Shown: positions 1 to 10,236 of the stretch, piece after piece
Layout of the letters: every line of letters starts with the position of its first letter
Numbering within the stretch: position 1 is the first letter of the stretch
Origin: an uncultured Candidatus Saccharibacteria bacterium
GTDB lineage: Bacteria > Patescibacteriota > Minisyncoccia > Phycocordibacterales > JAACPR01
Reading direction: 5' to 3'
Assembly: GCA_964402215.1 (NCBI GenBank)
Contig: CAYOAT010000001.1
Coordinates: 70,703-134,702, forward strand
DNA: 64,000 bases
Notes under the pieces: generated by a model
The model's database searches: none
Seen by the model: the letters and a program-made list of their open reading frames with translations, nothing else
What the model was told of the DNA's origin: nothing
Program-made: the position numbers and the translations under genes

Positions 1-2135
1 AAAAAGAAACGTTTGAGGGCATTAGTGCAATTGTTTTTATACTAATTGCAATATTTTTATTATTATCGCCGATCGGTAAGGGTGGCTTTCTTGGTGAACA
101 TATATATAAATGGTTGACCTGGGCTTTTGGTATTGGTTATTACTTGATTCCAATTATTTTAATAATTTTAGGAATTTCTTTTATAAAATCTCTAAGTCAC
201 AATTTGGCTTGGCCAAAAATAATAGGCGGAATATTAATGATGACGGCCGGTCTTGGTCTGATAGATTTGATTGTTAGTAAAGGTGGAATTGTCGGCGCCT
301 TCATAAACAAACCATTATTAAATCTGTTTGGAACATGGATGGTTGCGATTGGGCACGTTGCAGTCCTTATAATCGCCACACTAATTATTTTTGATCTATC
401 ATTAAAGTTCTCTTTCATTCAAAACTGGTTGGATAAAAAAGATGATGAAGAAGAAAATGAAGATGACGAGGAAGAAACAGAGATTACAAAAAAAGAAGAA
501 GCAAAAATGAAGAAACTTGCCGTTCAGGCAGAAGAAGATAATGAAGAAGTCGAAGAAGAAGTAAAAATTGCGGAAAAAGAAATAAAGAAACCAGAAGATC
601 AATCAAAAAAAGACGGTTTGATTTTCTTTTCACAAAGTTCATCCCACTTTCGAGAATATAACCCTCCTCCCCTATCGCTATTAGATAAAGATTCGGGCAA
701 ACCGGACGTTGGTGATATAAAAGCAAACGCCAATATTATAAAAAGAACTTTATCAAATTTCGGAATTCAAGTTGAAATGGATGAAGTTTCAATCGGACCT
801 TCTGTAACGAGATATGCATTAAAACCGGCACAAGGAGTAAAACTTTCTAGAATTGTTGCCTTGCAATATGATCTATCGTTGGCATTGGCGGCAAAATCAA
901 TTCGAATTGAAGCGCCGATTCCCGGAAAATCTTTGGTTGGTATTGAAATACCAAATTCCTCAAAAACAACTATTGGATTGGGTTCAATCCTGAAAGATGA
1001 TGAATTTCAGAAATCCTCAAAACCTTTATTATTCGCTGTTGGACGCGGAGTTACTGGTTTATCACATTTCGTTGATTTGGCTAAAATGCCACACCTTTTG
1101 GTTGCGGGCGCCACAGGTTCAGGAAAGTCAGTTACGATTCATGAAATAATTACTTCTCTTCTATATAGAAATTCACCCGAATTAATGAAGTTTATAATGA
1201 TTGATCCAAAGAGAGTTGAATTAACAATGTATAACAAGATCCCTCACCTCTTAACACCAGTCATTACTGATGCCAAGAAAACAATCATGGCTTTAAAATG
1301 GGCGGGAAAAGAAATGTCTAGACGTTATGATACCCTGGAAGCAAGTGGCGTTAGAGATATTTCTTCTTATCATAAAAATATTTTGGAACCAGCTATTAAG
1401 AAAGTTGAGAATGACAAAGACGCAGAAATTCCAGAAAAAATGCCATACATTATTATAGTGATCGATGAATTGGCTGATATTATGCAAACATATCCAAGAG
1501 AATTGGAATCATGTATCGTTCGATTGGCACAGATGAGTCGAGCCGTCGGTATTCACTTGATAATTTCAACACAACGCCCAAGCGTTAACGTTATTACCGG
1601 ATTAATCAAAGCAAATATCCCTTCTAGAATTGCTTTGCAAGTCGCATCTCAAATAGATTCAAGAACAATTATTGATATGCCTGGTGCAGAAAAATTACTT
1701 GGTGCCGGTGATATGCTATATCTTGGTGGAGATTTGGCAAAACCTATTCGAGTACAATCTCCTTATATTTCTGAAGGTGAAGTTAAAAGTGTTGTTGCTT
1801 ATTTAGCAAAAAATAATGAATATATTGAAGGAGACACAGAAGAAATAGAACTAGAAAAAATTGAAAATAAAAACGAAATTTTTGATAGTTTGGGTGACGA
1901 TGAAGAAGACGACGATTTGTACGACGACGCAAAAGCTGTTGTCGTCGCCGCAGGAAAAGCATCTACTTCTTACTTACAAAGAAAACTTGGTGTTGGATAT
2001 TCAAGAGCTGCAAAAATTATGGACATGTTGGAAAATAGAGGTGTTATTGGACCACAGAATGGTTCAAAACCAAGAGATATAATAGGCGCCGCTGAAGAGG
2101 GTTCCGATCAGAATTCCGAAGAATCGGAAGGATAA
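1..2135 (+). CDS. ftsK: DNA translocase FtsK/SpoIIIE (5'-truncated by the window edge)
   Basis: Frame is open from position 3, upstream of the listed start at 114. N-terminal TM helices, acidic linker, Walker A GATGSGKS, MIDPK, Walker B IIVIDELAD, STQRPS, C-terminal gamma domain (ASTSYLQRKLGVGYSRAAK). Confidence 0.96.
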   Translation, partial: KETFEGISAIVFILIAIFLLLSPIGKGGFLGEHIYKWLTWAFGIGYYLIPIILIILGISFIKSLSHNLAWPKIIGGILMMTAGLGLIDLIVSKGGIVGAFINKPLLNLFGTWMVAIGHVAVLIIATLIIFDLSLKFSFIQNWLDKKDDEEENEDDEEETEITKKEEAKMKKLAVQAEEDNEEVEEEVKIAEKEIKKPEDQSKKDGLIFFSQSSSHFREYNPPPLSLLDKDSGKPDVGDIKANANIIKRTLSNFGIQVEMDEVSIGPSVTRYALKPAQGVKLSRIVALQYDLSLALAAKSIRIEAPIPGKSLVGIEIPNSSKTTIGLGSILKDDEFQKSSKPLLFAVGRGVTGLSHFVDLAKMPHLLVAGATGSGKSVTIHEIITSLLYRNSPELMKFIMIDPKRVELTMYNKIPHLLTPVITDAKKTIMALKWAGKEMSRRYDTLEASGVRDISSYHKNILEPAIKKVENDKDAEIPEKMPYIIIVIDELADIMQTYPRELESCIVRLAQMSRAVGIHLIISTQRPSVNVITGLIKANIPSRIALQVASQIDSRTIIDMPGAEKLLGAGDMLYLGGDLAKPIRVQSPYISEGEVKSVVAYLAKNNEYIEGDTEEIELEKIENKNEIFDSLGDDEEDDDLYDDAKAVVVAAGKASTSYLQRKLGVGYSRAAKIMDMLENRGVIGPQNGSKPRDIIGAAEEGSDQNSEESEG

Positions 2136-2153
2136 AATAATAACTGAAAGATT

Positions 2154-2597
2154 ATGGCCAGGAGTAACACCGCATCAATAATAAAAATAATTCTGACCGT
2201 AATAGTTGTAATAATTGTCATTGGATACGCAATTTTTAACTCTCGTCTATTTATAAAAGGTCCGCAAATCAATATAGATTCCCCTGTTGATGGCGCGGTT
2301 ATCATCGATAATCCCCTAATCAAATTGACTGGAAAAGCTCTTAATATTTCACACTTAGAACTTAACGGCAGACAAATTTATACAGAAGAAAATGATTCTT
2401 TTTCAGAATCTTTGCTACTCAATTCTGGTTATAATATAATCCAGGTCATTGCGGAGGATAAGTTTGGTAGAAGTGTTAAACAAACCTTACAATTAGTTTA
2501 CCGCGGTGAAGAAGAAAAAATTATTTACCCCGCTAGTGAAGAATTAGAGTTAATCGAATCGGAGGAAGCCACATCCTCTGATTTAGAAAATATTTAG
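2154..2597 (+). CDS. Membrane-anchored hypothetical protein with probable Ig-like domain
   Basis: N-terminal TM helix followed by a beta-rich segment (GPQINIDSP...LNSGYNIIQVIAEDKFG) resembling bacterial Ig-like folds. Confidence 0.7.
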   Translation: MARSNTASIIKIILTVIVVIIVIGYAIFNSRLFIKGPQINIDSPVDGAVIIDNPLIKLTGKALNISHLELNGRQIYTEENDSFSESLLLNSGYNIIQVIAEDKFGRSVKQTLQLVYRGEEEKIIYPASEELELIESEEATSSDLENI

Positions 2598-2632
2598 ATT
2601 GAATTTATCAACAAATTTTAAGATAGAAATAT

Positions 2633-3652
2633 ATGATGAAAAAACATACAAAAAAGGATGACGCTAAAGTTAATAATGAATCATTAGAAGATGCGATTAG
2701 CGCGATAAAAACAAAATTTGGTGATGAATCAATTATGATGCTTGGTCAGGCAGCAAGAGTAGATGTTGATGCTATTCCAACAGGATCGCTTGGACTAGAT
2801 GACGCTCTTGGAATCGGCGGAATCCCACGTGGACGAATTATTGAAATTTTTGGACCAGAATCATCTGGCAAGACTACCCTCGCTCTCCATGTTATTGCGC
2901 AAGCTCAAAAGGCTGGTGGCATTTGTGCATTCGTTGATGCTGAACATGCACTTGATCCAGATTATGCAAAGAAAATTGGCGTAAAAACTGATGAATTACT
3001 AATTTCACAACCAGACACTGGCGAGCAAGCTTTGGAAATTACTGAATCACTTGTTAGATCCGGCAAAATCAGTGTCATTGTTATCGACTCTGTTGCTGCC
3101 CTAACCCCAAAGGACGAGATCGAAGGCGACATGGGTGCATATCACGTTGGTAAACAAGCCAGATTAATGTCACAGGCATTACGAAAACTAGCTGGTGTTT
3201 GTTCAAAATCAAAAACTGTCGTTATTTTTATAAACCAAATTAGAATGCAAATAGGCGTAATGTTCGGAAATCCAGAAACTACTCCAGGTGGACGCGCACT
3301 AAAATTCTATTCTTCTGTTCGTTTAGATATTAGACGAATTGCCCAGATCAAGAAGGGTGAAGAAATTATGGGTGGACGAATTCGTGTAAAAGTGGTAAAA
3401 AACAAAGTTGCAGCCCCATTCAAGATGACGGAGTTTGATTTGATGTATAACGAGGGTATATCACAAGAGGGCGAAATTATTGCTCTTGGTGAAAAATACA
3501 ACGTTATTTCAAAATCAGGCAATAGTTATGCTTATGGCGAAGAAAAGCTTGGACGTGGATACGATTCCACCCGAACTTTCCTACGAGAAAACCCAAAAGT
3601 ATTTAACGACATCTTGAAGGATATTAAAATTAAAATGAAAGAAGCAAAATAA
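2633..3652 (+). CDS. recA: Recombinase RecA
   Basis: [44 protein letters not shown]. Confidence 0.99.
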   Translation: MMKKHTKKDDAKVNNESLEDAISAIKTKFGDESIMMLGQAARVDVDAIPTGSLGLDDALGIGGIPRGRIIEIFGPESSGKTTLALHVIAQAQKAGGICAFVDAEHALDPDYAKKIGVKTDELLISQPDTGEQALEITESLVRSGKISVIVIDSVAALTPKDEIEGDMGAYHVGKQARLMSQALRKLAGVCSKSKTVVIFINQIRMQIGVMFGNPETTPGGRALKFYSSVRLDIRRIAQIKKGEEIMGGRIRVKVVKNKVAAPFKMTEFDLMYNEGISQEGEIIALGEKYNVISKSGNSYAYGEEKLGRGYDSTRTFLRENPKVFNDILKDIKIKMKEAK

Positions 3653-3658
3653 AAAAAC

Positions 3659-4234
3659 ATGTTAGCCTACAACGAAATCAAAGAAAGAAAATACATTATT
3701 TTAGAGGGAGAACCTTACGAAGTTTTAAGCTCGCATGTTTTTCGTAAACAACAAAGAAAACCAGTTAATCAAACAAAATTACGGAATTTAATTACTGGTG
3801 GAATGAGAATGGATACATTCCATGTAAACGACTCGGTCGAGGAAGCAGAACTAGAAACAAAAAAAGTAAAGTTTATTTTTAAAAAATTCAATCCTCGCGA
3901 AAAAAGAACAGAATTCTGGTTTTCTGATGTAGAAACTCCAAATAGATTTGAAATTACCGAAACATTAATCGGCGATCAACAAAAATATCTAAAAGATGGT
4001 TTAGAAATTTCAGCTTTGGTTTTCGAGGAACAAATTATTGGAATTAAATTGCCTGTTAAAATTGAATACAAAGTAATTGAGGCTCCCCCAGCAGTAAAAG
4101 GCAATAGCGCAACTGGCGCAAATAAAATGATTGTTTTGGAAACTGGTTTAGCTATCAATGCTCCCCTTTTCGTTAATGCGGGTGACGTTGTTAGAATAAA
4201 TACTGAGACTGGAGAATACGGAGAAAGGGTTTAG
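3659..4234 (+). CDS. efp: Elongation factor P
   Basis: C-terminal PAVKGNSA...LETG...PLFVNAGDVVRINTETGEYGERV; the tip loop is atypical (FRKQQRKP). Confidence 0.93.
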   Translation: MLAYNEIKERKYIILEGEPYEVLSSHVFRKQQRKPVNQTKLRNLITGGMRMDTFHVNDSVEEAELETKKVKFIFKKFNPREKRTEFWFSDVETPNRFEITETLIGDQQKYLKDGLEISALVFEEQIIGIKLPVKIEYKVIEAPPAVKGNSATGANKMIVLETGLAINAPLFVNAGDVVRINTETGEYGERV

Positions 4235-4257
4235 AATTAAATACTTTTTGACAACAC

Positions 4258-4283
4258 AAAACCGCCCCGTTAAGGGCGGTTTT
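4258..4283. terminator. Bidirectional intrinsic terminator between convergent efp and rpsR
   Basis: AAAACCGCCC-cgttaa-GGGCGGTTTT inverted repeat with A/T tails on both sides. Confidence 0.85.
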
Positions 4284-4292
4284 AGTTATTTA

Positions 4293-4493
4293 CTATCTAT
4301 TGATGTAAGCTAACAGTCCCATAAATCTAGCTCGCTTTACAGCCTCGGCCAGTTTTCTCTGCATTTTTGCAGAAACACCAGAACGTTTACTAGAAATAAT
4401 TCGACCGTGCGGATTCAAAAATTTTGAGAGCACGTGTGTATCTTTATAATCAATATGTTCAATATTATTCTCTTTAAAAAAACAAGGTTTCAT
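4293..4493 (-). CDS. rpsR: 30S ribosomal protein S18
   Basis: IDYKD...GRI...R.G...QRKLAEAVKRARFMGLLAY; lies in the rpsF-ssb-rpsR cluster. Confidence 0.96.
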   Translation of the reverse strand: MKPCFFKENNIEHIDYKDTHVLSKFLNPHGRIISSKRSGVSAKMQRKLAEAVKRARFMGLLAYINR

Positions 4494-4514
4494 AATGTTA
4501 ATACAAATTACGGA

Positions 4515-4961
4515 CTAAAATGGAATATCCTCTGGATTGATTTCGTCCTCTGGATATTCAATCTGATTACCATCGTCAGCTGGAGCCGCCTGTACAGGGG
4601 CTACCGGTGCTGATTTCGATGTACCGGCCATACTACCAGACTTTAATCCAAATTGCACTCTTTCAGCGACAATTTCGGTTCTGTATTTCTTTTGTCCATC
4701 CTGTTCCCAACTACGGGTTTGAATTCTACCTTCAACAAAAACGCTTTGTCCCTTTTTCAAATATTGCGCTGCGGTTTCAGCCTGTCGACCAAAAACAACA
4801 ACATTATGATAATCAGCAGATTCCTGGCGATTACCATCACGATCCTTGTAAACTCGATTCGTAGCGACACTAAAATTTGTAACTGCAATACCCGAAGGTA
4901 ATGCCTTTTGTTCTGGATCCCTTACTAGGTTTCCAATAATTATTGCTTTATTTACGTACAT
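4515..4961 (-). CDS. ssb: Single-stranded DNA-binding protein
   Basis: NKAIIIGNLVRDPE, VFVEGRIQTRSW, acidic C-terminal tip EDIPF. Confidence 0.98.
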   Translation of the reverse strand: MYVNKAIIIGNLVRDPEQKALPSGIAVTNFSVATNRVYKDRDGNRQESADYHNVVVFGRQAETAAQYLKKGQSVFVEGRIQTRSWEQDGQKKYRTEIVAERVQFGLKSGSMAGTSKSAPVAPVQAAPADDGNQIEYPEDEINPEDIPF

Positions 4962-5022
4962 GCATCAATCTTTGCAGAAAGAAACAAGATAGTCAATTTA
5001 AAAATTTAGATAGAATTTAGAA

Positions 5023-5547
5023 TTATTTAACAAGCTCGTCGATGGCCTCATCAACACCTTTATCAGTATCATCAGAAACTACTTCAGCATCAACGTCGAG
5101 GGCAACCTCAGCAACTTCTTCTACAACAGGAACCTCTTCTGCTTCGACTTCTGAACCAGCTTTTTTATTAACTTTTTCTCTTGGAATTTTATTAGTACTA
5201 TGTTCTGGATCATTAACAGTTTTAACAAGTAAAAATCTTAGGACATTATTGTTAGCCTTTAACTCAGAATCTATAGAAACTACATCTGCTGCTGTTGCGT
5301 TAAATGTAATTGAACCAAAGTAAGCTTTATCAAATTTGTAATTATTATCCAAAATCTTTATCGTCATTTGATAAGCAAGATTTATTAATTTTGCCTCTAT
5401 TTCATTTACTATTTCCGCTCCGTTATCTGTAAGAGTTTTTTTAATTTTTGAAACTTCGTCTACAACTTTATCTGCATTAATTGAAGAAACAATATGAAAA
5501 CCAACTTCATATAATTTCTTATCGCTTGTTTTATTTTCTTCTGACAT
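5023..5547 (-). CDS. rpsF: 30S ribosomal protein S6 with acidic C-terminal tail
   Basis: YEVGF...LAY...VLRFLLVK; position upstream of ssb-rpsR. Confidence 0.88.
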   Translation of the reverse strand: MSEENKTSDKKLYEVGFHIVSSINADKVVDEVSKIKKTLTDNGAEIVNEIEAKLINLAYQMTIKILDNNYKFDKAYFGSITFNATAADVVSIDSELKANNNVLRFLLVKTVNDPEHSTNKIPREKVNKKAGSEVEAEEVPVVEEVAEVALDVDAEVVSDDTDKGVDEAIDELVK

Positions 5548-5571
5548 GAGTAAGAGATTATCACACGAGAC

Positions 5572-6360
5572 TTAAAATGGCAAATTAAACAGATTTTGGG
5601 CGTTTAGAAGGAGCTGTTTGGATAAAACTTCAACTGAAATTCCTTTAATTTCGGCGATTTTCTTTACAACATCAATAACATTTAGTGGCTCATTTCTTTT
5701 GCCACGATTTGGTGCAGGAGCAACATACGGGCAGTCGGTTTCAGCGTGAATCTTGTCTATTGGCACAAATTCTACTAATTCTTTGTATTGAGAGGCAAAA
5801 GTAATTACTCCAGTAAAAGACATATTAAAGCCAAGCTCTAAAAACTTTTTTGCTTCATCTTTTGTACCAGCAAAAAAATGGATGTTGCCACGCAAAGTAT
5901 CACCAGCGACTTTCTTATATTCATTTAAAATTCGCAAAACGTCTCCATAAGCATCGCGACAGTGAATCATTAGCGGTTTATCAAATTTTATAGCAAGTTC
6001 GATTTGTTTTCTAAAAATTTCTTCTTGCTTTCTCTTCGTTGAATCAATATCACCAGAAACATGGTAGAAATCCAGACCACATTCCCCTATCGCAACGACT
6101 TTCTTGTTAGATAAAAGCTCTATATAATTATTTTCATTAAATTCCTCCTTTTCAGCATAAATCGGATGTAAACCAATCGAAGCATACATATTTTCATACT
6201 TTTCAACCAATCGCGTTACCTCTATTGAAGTAATATGTCGTGTTCCAACATTAATAATAGAAATACCGTGTTTTTGCGCGCGAGTAACCACTTCATCACG
6301 ATCAGCAGAAAAATCCGTGAAATTGATGTGTGCGTGTATATCTATGTATTTTTTATCCAT
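5572..6360 (-). CDS. tatD: TatD family DNase
   Basis: DIHAH, GLHP, AIGECGLD, IHCR, ETDCPY, RGKRNEP. Confidence 0.95.
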   Translation of the reverse strand: MDKKYIDIHAHINFTDFSADRDEVVTRAQKHGISIINVGTRHITSIEVTRLVEKYENMYASIGLHPIYAEKEEFNENNYIELLSNKKVVAIGECGLDFYHVSGDIDSTKRKQEEIFRKQIELAIKFDKPLMIHCRDAYGDVLRILNEYKKVAGDTLRGNIHFFAGTKDEAKKFLELGFNMSFTGVITFASQYKELVEFVPIDKIHAETDCPYVAPAPNRGKRNEPLNVIDVVKKIAEIKGISVEVLSKQLLLNAQNLFNLPF

Positions 6361-6361
6361 G

Positions 6362-7795
6362 TTATTTTCTTTCGAAAATTGGTTTCACTGGTTTTTTATT
6401 ATCAGCAATCGCAGTCAAAATTTGTCCTGCAGTTTCAGGTAAAAGTGGTCGAAGCAAAAATGCGACTTCTCGAAGCTTCTTTACTAAATCCTCAATTATT
6501 TTTATCGCAGCTTTTCTATCAGTCTTGATTAATTTAAATGGTTCAGTTTCTTGAATAGATTTATCCATTTCACTAATCTTTTTGAAAACATAATCAGTGA
6601 CTTTCTGTAAATCAAATGATTCAAAAGCTTTTTTATATTCTTTTGGAAATTTAACTTCTTTTAACGAAATTGGTTTTACTAAATTGTCCTCTGCCATTTT
6701 CATAATTCGGTTAATCAGATTCCCAAGACCATTTGCGAGATTTGCGTTGTAAGCTTCTTTGAATTTTTCCAATGTGAAATCACTATCTTCAAATGTGCTT
6801 AATTCTCTTAACAAGAAATATCTTAGCGCGTCTGTACCGTATTCAGAGACAACTTCCATTGGATCAATAACATTTCCAATGGATTTGGACATTTTTTGAC
6901 CACCGCTGGTAATAAAGCCGTCAATAATTATTTGGCTTGAAGATGGCAAATTCGCCGCCATTAACATTGCTTGCCAACGCGCCGCTTGGAAATGTAGATT
7001 GTCTTTTCCACAATACTGAATAGGCGTTCCTTTTACCCAATATTTTTTAAAGTTTTTACTTTCTGGCCAACCTAATGTTGAAATATAGTTTGCCAAAGCA
7101 TCAAACCAAACATACATCACATGTTTATCATCACCAGGAACAGCTATTCCCCATGGCATTCTTTCCTTTATTCTTGAAATACTAAAATCCTCTAATCCAC
7201 CAGACACGAAATTACTTATTTCTTTTAATCTGGAAATCGGAATAACAAAATCGGTCTTCTTTTCATATAAATCCAAAAGTTTTTTAGCAAAAGCGCTGTA
7301 TTTGAAAAAATAATTTTCTTCTTCTATTTCTACAAGTTTTTTACCCGGATGATTTGGACATTCGCCATTTACCAAATCCTTCTCTGTCATAAACATTTCA
7401 CAACCAACACAATATAGCCCGCGGTAATTCTTTTTATAAATATAACCGTTCTTGTCGCAAAGCTCCCATAATTTCTGAGCAGAAACAATATGATCTTTAT
7501 CGGTTGTTCTAATAAATTTATCGTAACTTAGATTAAGTTTTTCTTTCAAAATTTCAAAATCCTTAACTTTTTCATCTAGAAATTGTTGTGGTTCTTTTCC
7601 CTCTTCCTTTGCCTTCTGATAAATCTTTAGACCATGCTCATCAGTTCCTGTATTAAAAAAAACATCGTAACCTAAATACCTTTTATATCTTGCCACGGTG
7701 TCAGCCCGAACAATTTCCATCGCAAAACCGATATGAGGTTTTGCATTAGAATAAGGTAAAGTAGTCGTTATATAGAAAGGTTTTTTCCACCACAT
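6362..7795 (-). CDS. metG: Methionine--tRNA ligase (short form, no C-terminal tRNA-binding domain)
   Basis: PYSNAKPHIGF (HIGH-like), TGTDEHG, CxxC...CxxH knuckle, YVWFDAL, KMSKS. Confidence 0.96.
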   Translation of the reverse strand: MWWKKPFYITTTLPYSNAKPHIGFAMEIVRADTVARYKRYLGYDVFFNTGTDEHGLKIYQKAKEEGKEPQQFLDEKVKDFEILKEKLNLSYDKFIRTTDKDHIVSAQKLWELCDKNGYIYKKNYRGLYCVGCEMFMTEKDLVNGECPNHPGKKLVEIEEENYFFKYSAFAKKLLDLYEKKTDFVIPISRLKEISNFVSGGLEDFSISRIKERMPWGIAVPGDDKHVMYVWFDALANYISTLGWPESKNFKKYWVKGTPIQYCGKDNLHFQAARWQAMLMAANLPSSSQIIIDGFITSGGQKMSKSIGNVIDPMEVVSEYGTDALRYFLLRELSTFEDSDFTLEKFKEAYNANLANGLGNLINRIMKMAEDNLVKPISLKEVKFPKEYKKAFESFDLQKVTDYVFKKISEMDKSIQETEPFKLIKTDRKAAIKIIEDLVKKLREVAFLLRPLLPETAGQILTAIADNKKPVKPIFERK

Positions 7796-7832
7796 AATCT
7801 TTGATTTAAATAATTAAAAAACACTTTTAATT

Positions 7833-8906
7833 TTATTCTCTTGGTTCAGCAGCTCTCTTTTTTTCAAGATCATTTATATATTCCATAATTCCAGCAGCTA
7901 CTGGAACAGCTAGAATTATTCCCAAAAATCCGGCAATTTGTGCACCAATGATTATGGCGATAATCGCAATGATTGCAGGAATACCAACGATTTTTTTAAC
8001 AACAAGGGGGTGAATCAAATGGTTTTCAAATTGTTGAATAATTACATACAAACCTGCCACCATTAATCCCGCCGTAATACCATCCTGGCCAACCGCAAAC
8101 AAGATCGCTGGGATAGAGGACAAAATAGGACCGAATAGTGGAATAAGCTCGAATACAGCAGCAATTAAAGCCAAAAACAAAGCGTTCTCAATGCCCAAAA
8201 CACTAAGGCCAAGATATGTTAGAACCCCGATCAAGACGGCGAGCATCAATTGTCCCTGCATCCATAAACCAATTTTTCTTTGTGATCTTTTCCACAAATC
8301 AATCGCGTACTTTTCATATTTAACAGGAATAACTATTTTAAGGAAACTAGTGACACCATCTTCTTGTACGGCCAAATAGAATGACATAATCATGATCAAC
8401 ATGAAACTGAGAATACCACCAAACACCGTACTTGCTGTGTTAAAGAAACCAACAGTTGCTCCTGACAAACTGCCGCCAATTTTACTAATCAAAGCGCCTG
8501 TCGAATTATTAGTTAAATTATCCAATAGCGTGTTAAGGGCCGTATGATTACCAAAACCTGTAAAGTTTCCAGCGCTAGTTGTCAGAGATTTAATATAGTT
8601 TGGCAAACTAATTATAACGTTATTAAAATCTTGGATAAGAGTAGGAACAAAGAAATAAAAGATCGCAGCAAAAATCAAAATTACAAATATATAAATAAAC
8701 AAAACGGCAATTGGACGTGGAACTCTTTTGCTTACAAACCATTTTGTACCAGGCTCAATAGCTGATGCAATAACAATTGACGCAAGTAAAGCTAAAATTA
8801 GATCATTAATAACAAACAAAAGCCAAAAAAACAGAATCACGATAACAAACCTAAACATTGTGGCGGTTGAAATAGTTATATTTGCTGATTGATCATTTTC
8901 TTTCAT
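7833..8906 (-). CDS. AI-2E family transporter
   Basis: Multi-TM protein with IPLFGP, QQFENHLIHP and GFLGIILAVP motifs. Confidence 0.9.
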   Translation of the reverse strand: MKENDQSANITISTATMFRFVIVILFFWLLFVINDLILALLASIVIASAIEPGTKWFVSKRVPRPIAVLFIYIFVILIFAAIFYFFVPTLIQDFNNVIISLPNYIKSLTTSAGNFTGFGNHTALNTLLDNLTNNSTGALISKIGGSLSGATVGFFNTASTVFGGILSFMLIMIMSFYLAVQEDGVTSFLKIVIPVKYEKYAIDLWKRSQRKIGLWMQGQLMLAVLIGVLTYLGLSVLGIENALFLALIAAVFELIPLFGPILSSIPAILFAVGQDGITAGLMVAGLYVIIQQFENHLIHPLVVKKIVGIPAIIAIIAIIIGAQIAGFLGIILAVPVAAGIMEYINDLEKKRAAEPRE

Positions 8907-8960
8907 TTAGGAATAATATACAACGTTTAAGGCGTATTATCCAGTAATTTACAAGTTATT

Positions 8961-10226
8961 TTAGACTTTTAATAAGTTTAAAAAATGATCTGGGTTCTCC
9001 TGCGGACCAATAATAGCAAGATTTAGACCGCTATTTTTGATAATATCTTTCATTACTCTCTGAATTTGTGTGGAGGTGACTGACTTAATTTTCTTTGCAT
9101 ATTCATCAGGAGACTGAATCTTTTCATGAAGGACTTCCTGTTCCCCGTAATAGTCTGTCCAATCTTCAGATGTTTCTAAACCGGTCGCCAGATTACCCAA
9201 AATAATGTCTTTGGCTTTTACCAATTCTTTTTCAGAAACTTTTTCATCACGAAGTTTTTTAAATTCATCAATTATTACTTTTATTGCTTCCACGGCACGA
9301 TTATTTGTTGCTCCAATTCTGACTAGAAAATTTCCGTAATCAATTGATGTGTCATTAAATGCATTAACGTAATAACAAATTCCCAATTCGTCACGCATTT
9401 TTTTAAATAATCTAGAACTCATTCCGGAACCCAAAATTGTTGTCGCCAGGTCCATTATTGGATTTCTTTTATCATGAAGATTATAGGAACGAAAACTGAT
9501 TATCATGTGTGTCTGATCAATTTTCTTATTTAAAACCTTTATTTGTGGATTTTTTTGGTCAATAATTGTTTTCTGTTTTTTTACAATCGGCTTTTTCTTT
9601 ATAGAACCAAATTTCTTTTGAATTTCTTTAATTACACTTTGTTCATTAATTTTACCTGACACAACTACAACAGTTTTCTGAGGAACATAATGTTTATCAT
9701 GATAGTTAACAAAATCATTTCTTTTAAAGGATTTTATATTTTCTGTTGTTCCACCAATTTTTCGACCAGCAGGCTGATCACCGAAAAGTAATTCCGAATA
9801 GACTTCAAAAATCTTTCTCATCGGAATATCTTCATACATATTCATTTCTTCCAAAATTACTCCCCTCTCTGTTTCAATATCTTTTTCAGGAAAAATAGAA
9901 TTTAAATAAATATCTGAGACAATATCAATTAAATTATTTATTTTTTCGTATCTAGCCTTTGCATAATAACCTGTTCGAACGTCCCCAGTGAAAGCGTTAT
10001 CTTTCGCTCCTAAAGAAGCTAATTCATAATTGATTTGCTCTCCAGTACGATTTTTTGTCCCCTTGAAACACATATGTTCCAGAAAATGCGATAGACCGTT
10101 AATCTTTTTCTCTTCATATTCTGAACCAGCCTCGACAAGAACCATCACCATGGCTGTTTGTGATTCCTTCATTGGAACAGTAATAATTCTTAAACCGTTT
10201 GGTAAAATTTTCTTTTTATATTTCAT
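8961..10226 (-). CDS. M16 family zinc metallopeptidase (insulinase/pitrilysin-like)
   Basis: Inverted zinc motif HFLEHMCFKGT, ERGVILEE, GMSSRLF. Confidence 0.95.
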   Translation of the reverse strand: MKYKKKILPNGLRIITVPMKESQTAMVMVLVEAGSEYEEKKINGLSHFLEHMCFKGTKNRTGEQINYELASLGAKDNAFTGDVRTGYYAKARYEKINNLIDIVSDIYLNSIFPEKDIETERGVILEEMNMYEDIPMRKIFEVYSELLFGDQPAGRKIGGTTENIKSFKRNDFVNYHDKHYVPQKTVVVVSGKINEQSVIKEIQKKFGSIKKKPIVKKQKTIIDQKNPQIKVLNKKIDQTHMIISFRSYNLHDKRNPIMDLATTILGSGMSSRLFKKMRDELGICYYVNAFNDTSIDYGNFLVRIGATNNRAVEAIKVIIDEFKKLRDEKVSEKELVKAKDIILGNLATGLETSEDWTDYYGEQEVLHEKIQSPDEYAKKIKSVTSTQIQRVMKDIIKNSGLNLAIIGPQENPDHFLNLLKV

Positions 10227-10236
10227 AAGTTAGAAG

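Noticed and set aside
430-620. GAA-rich low-complexity tract
   Set aside because: It encodes the ordinary acidic FtsK linker and is not a separate repeat element.
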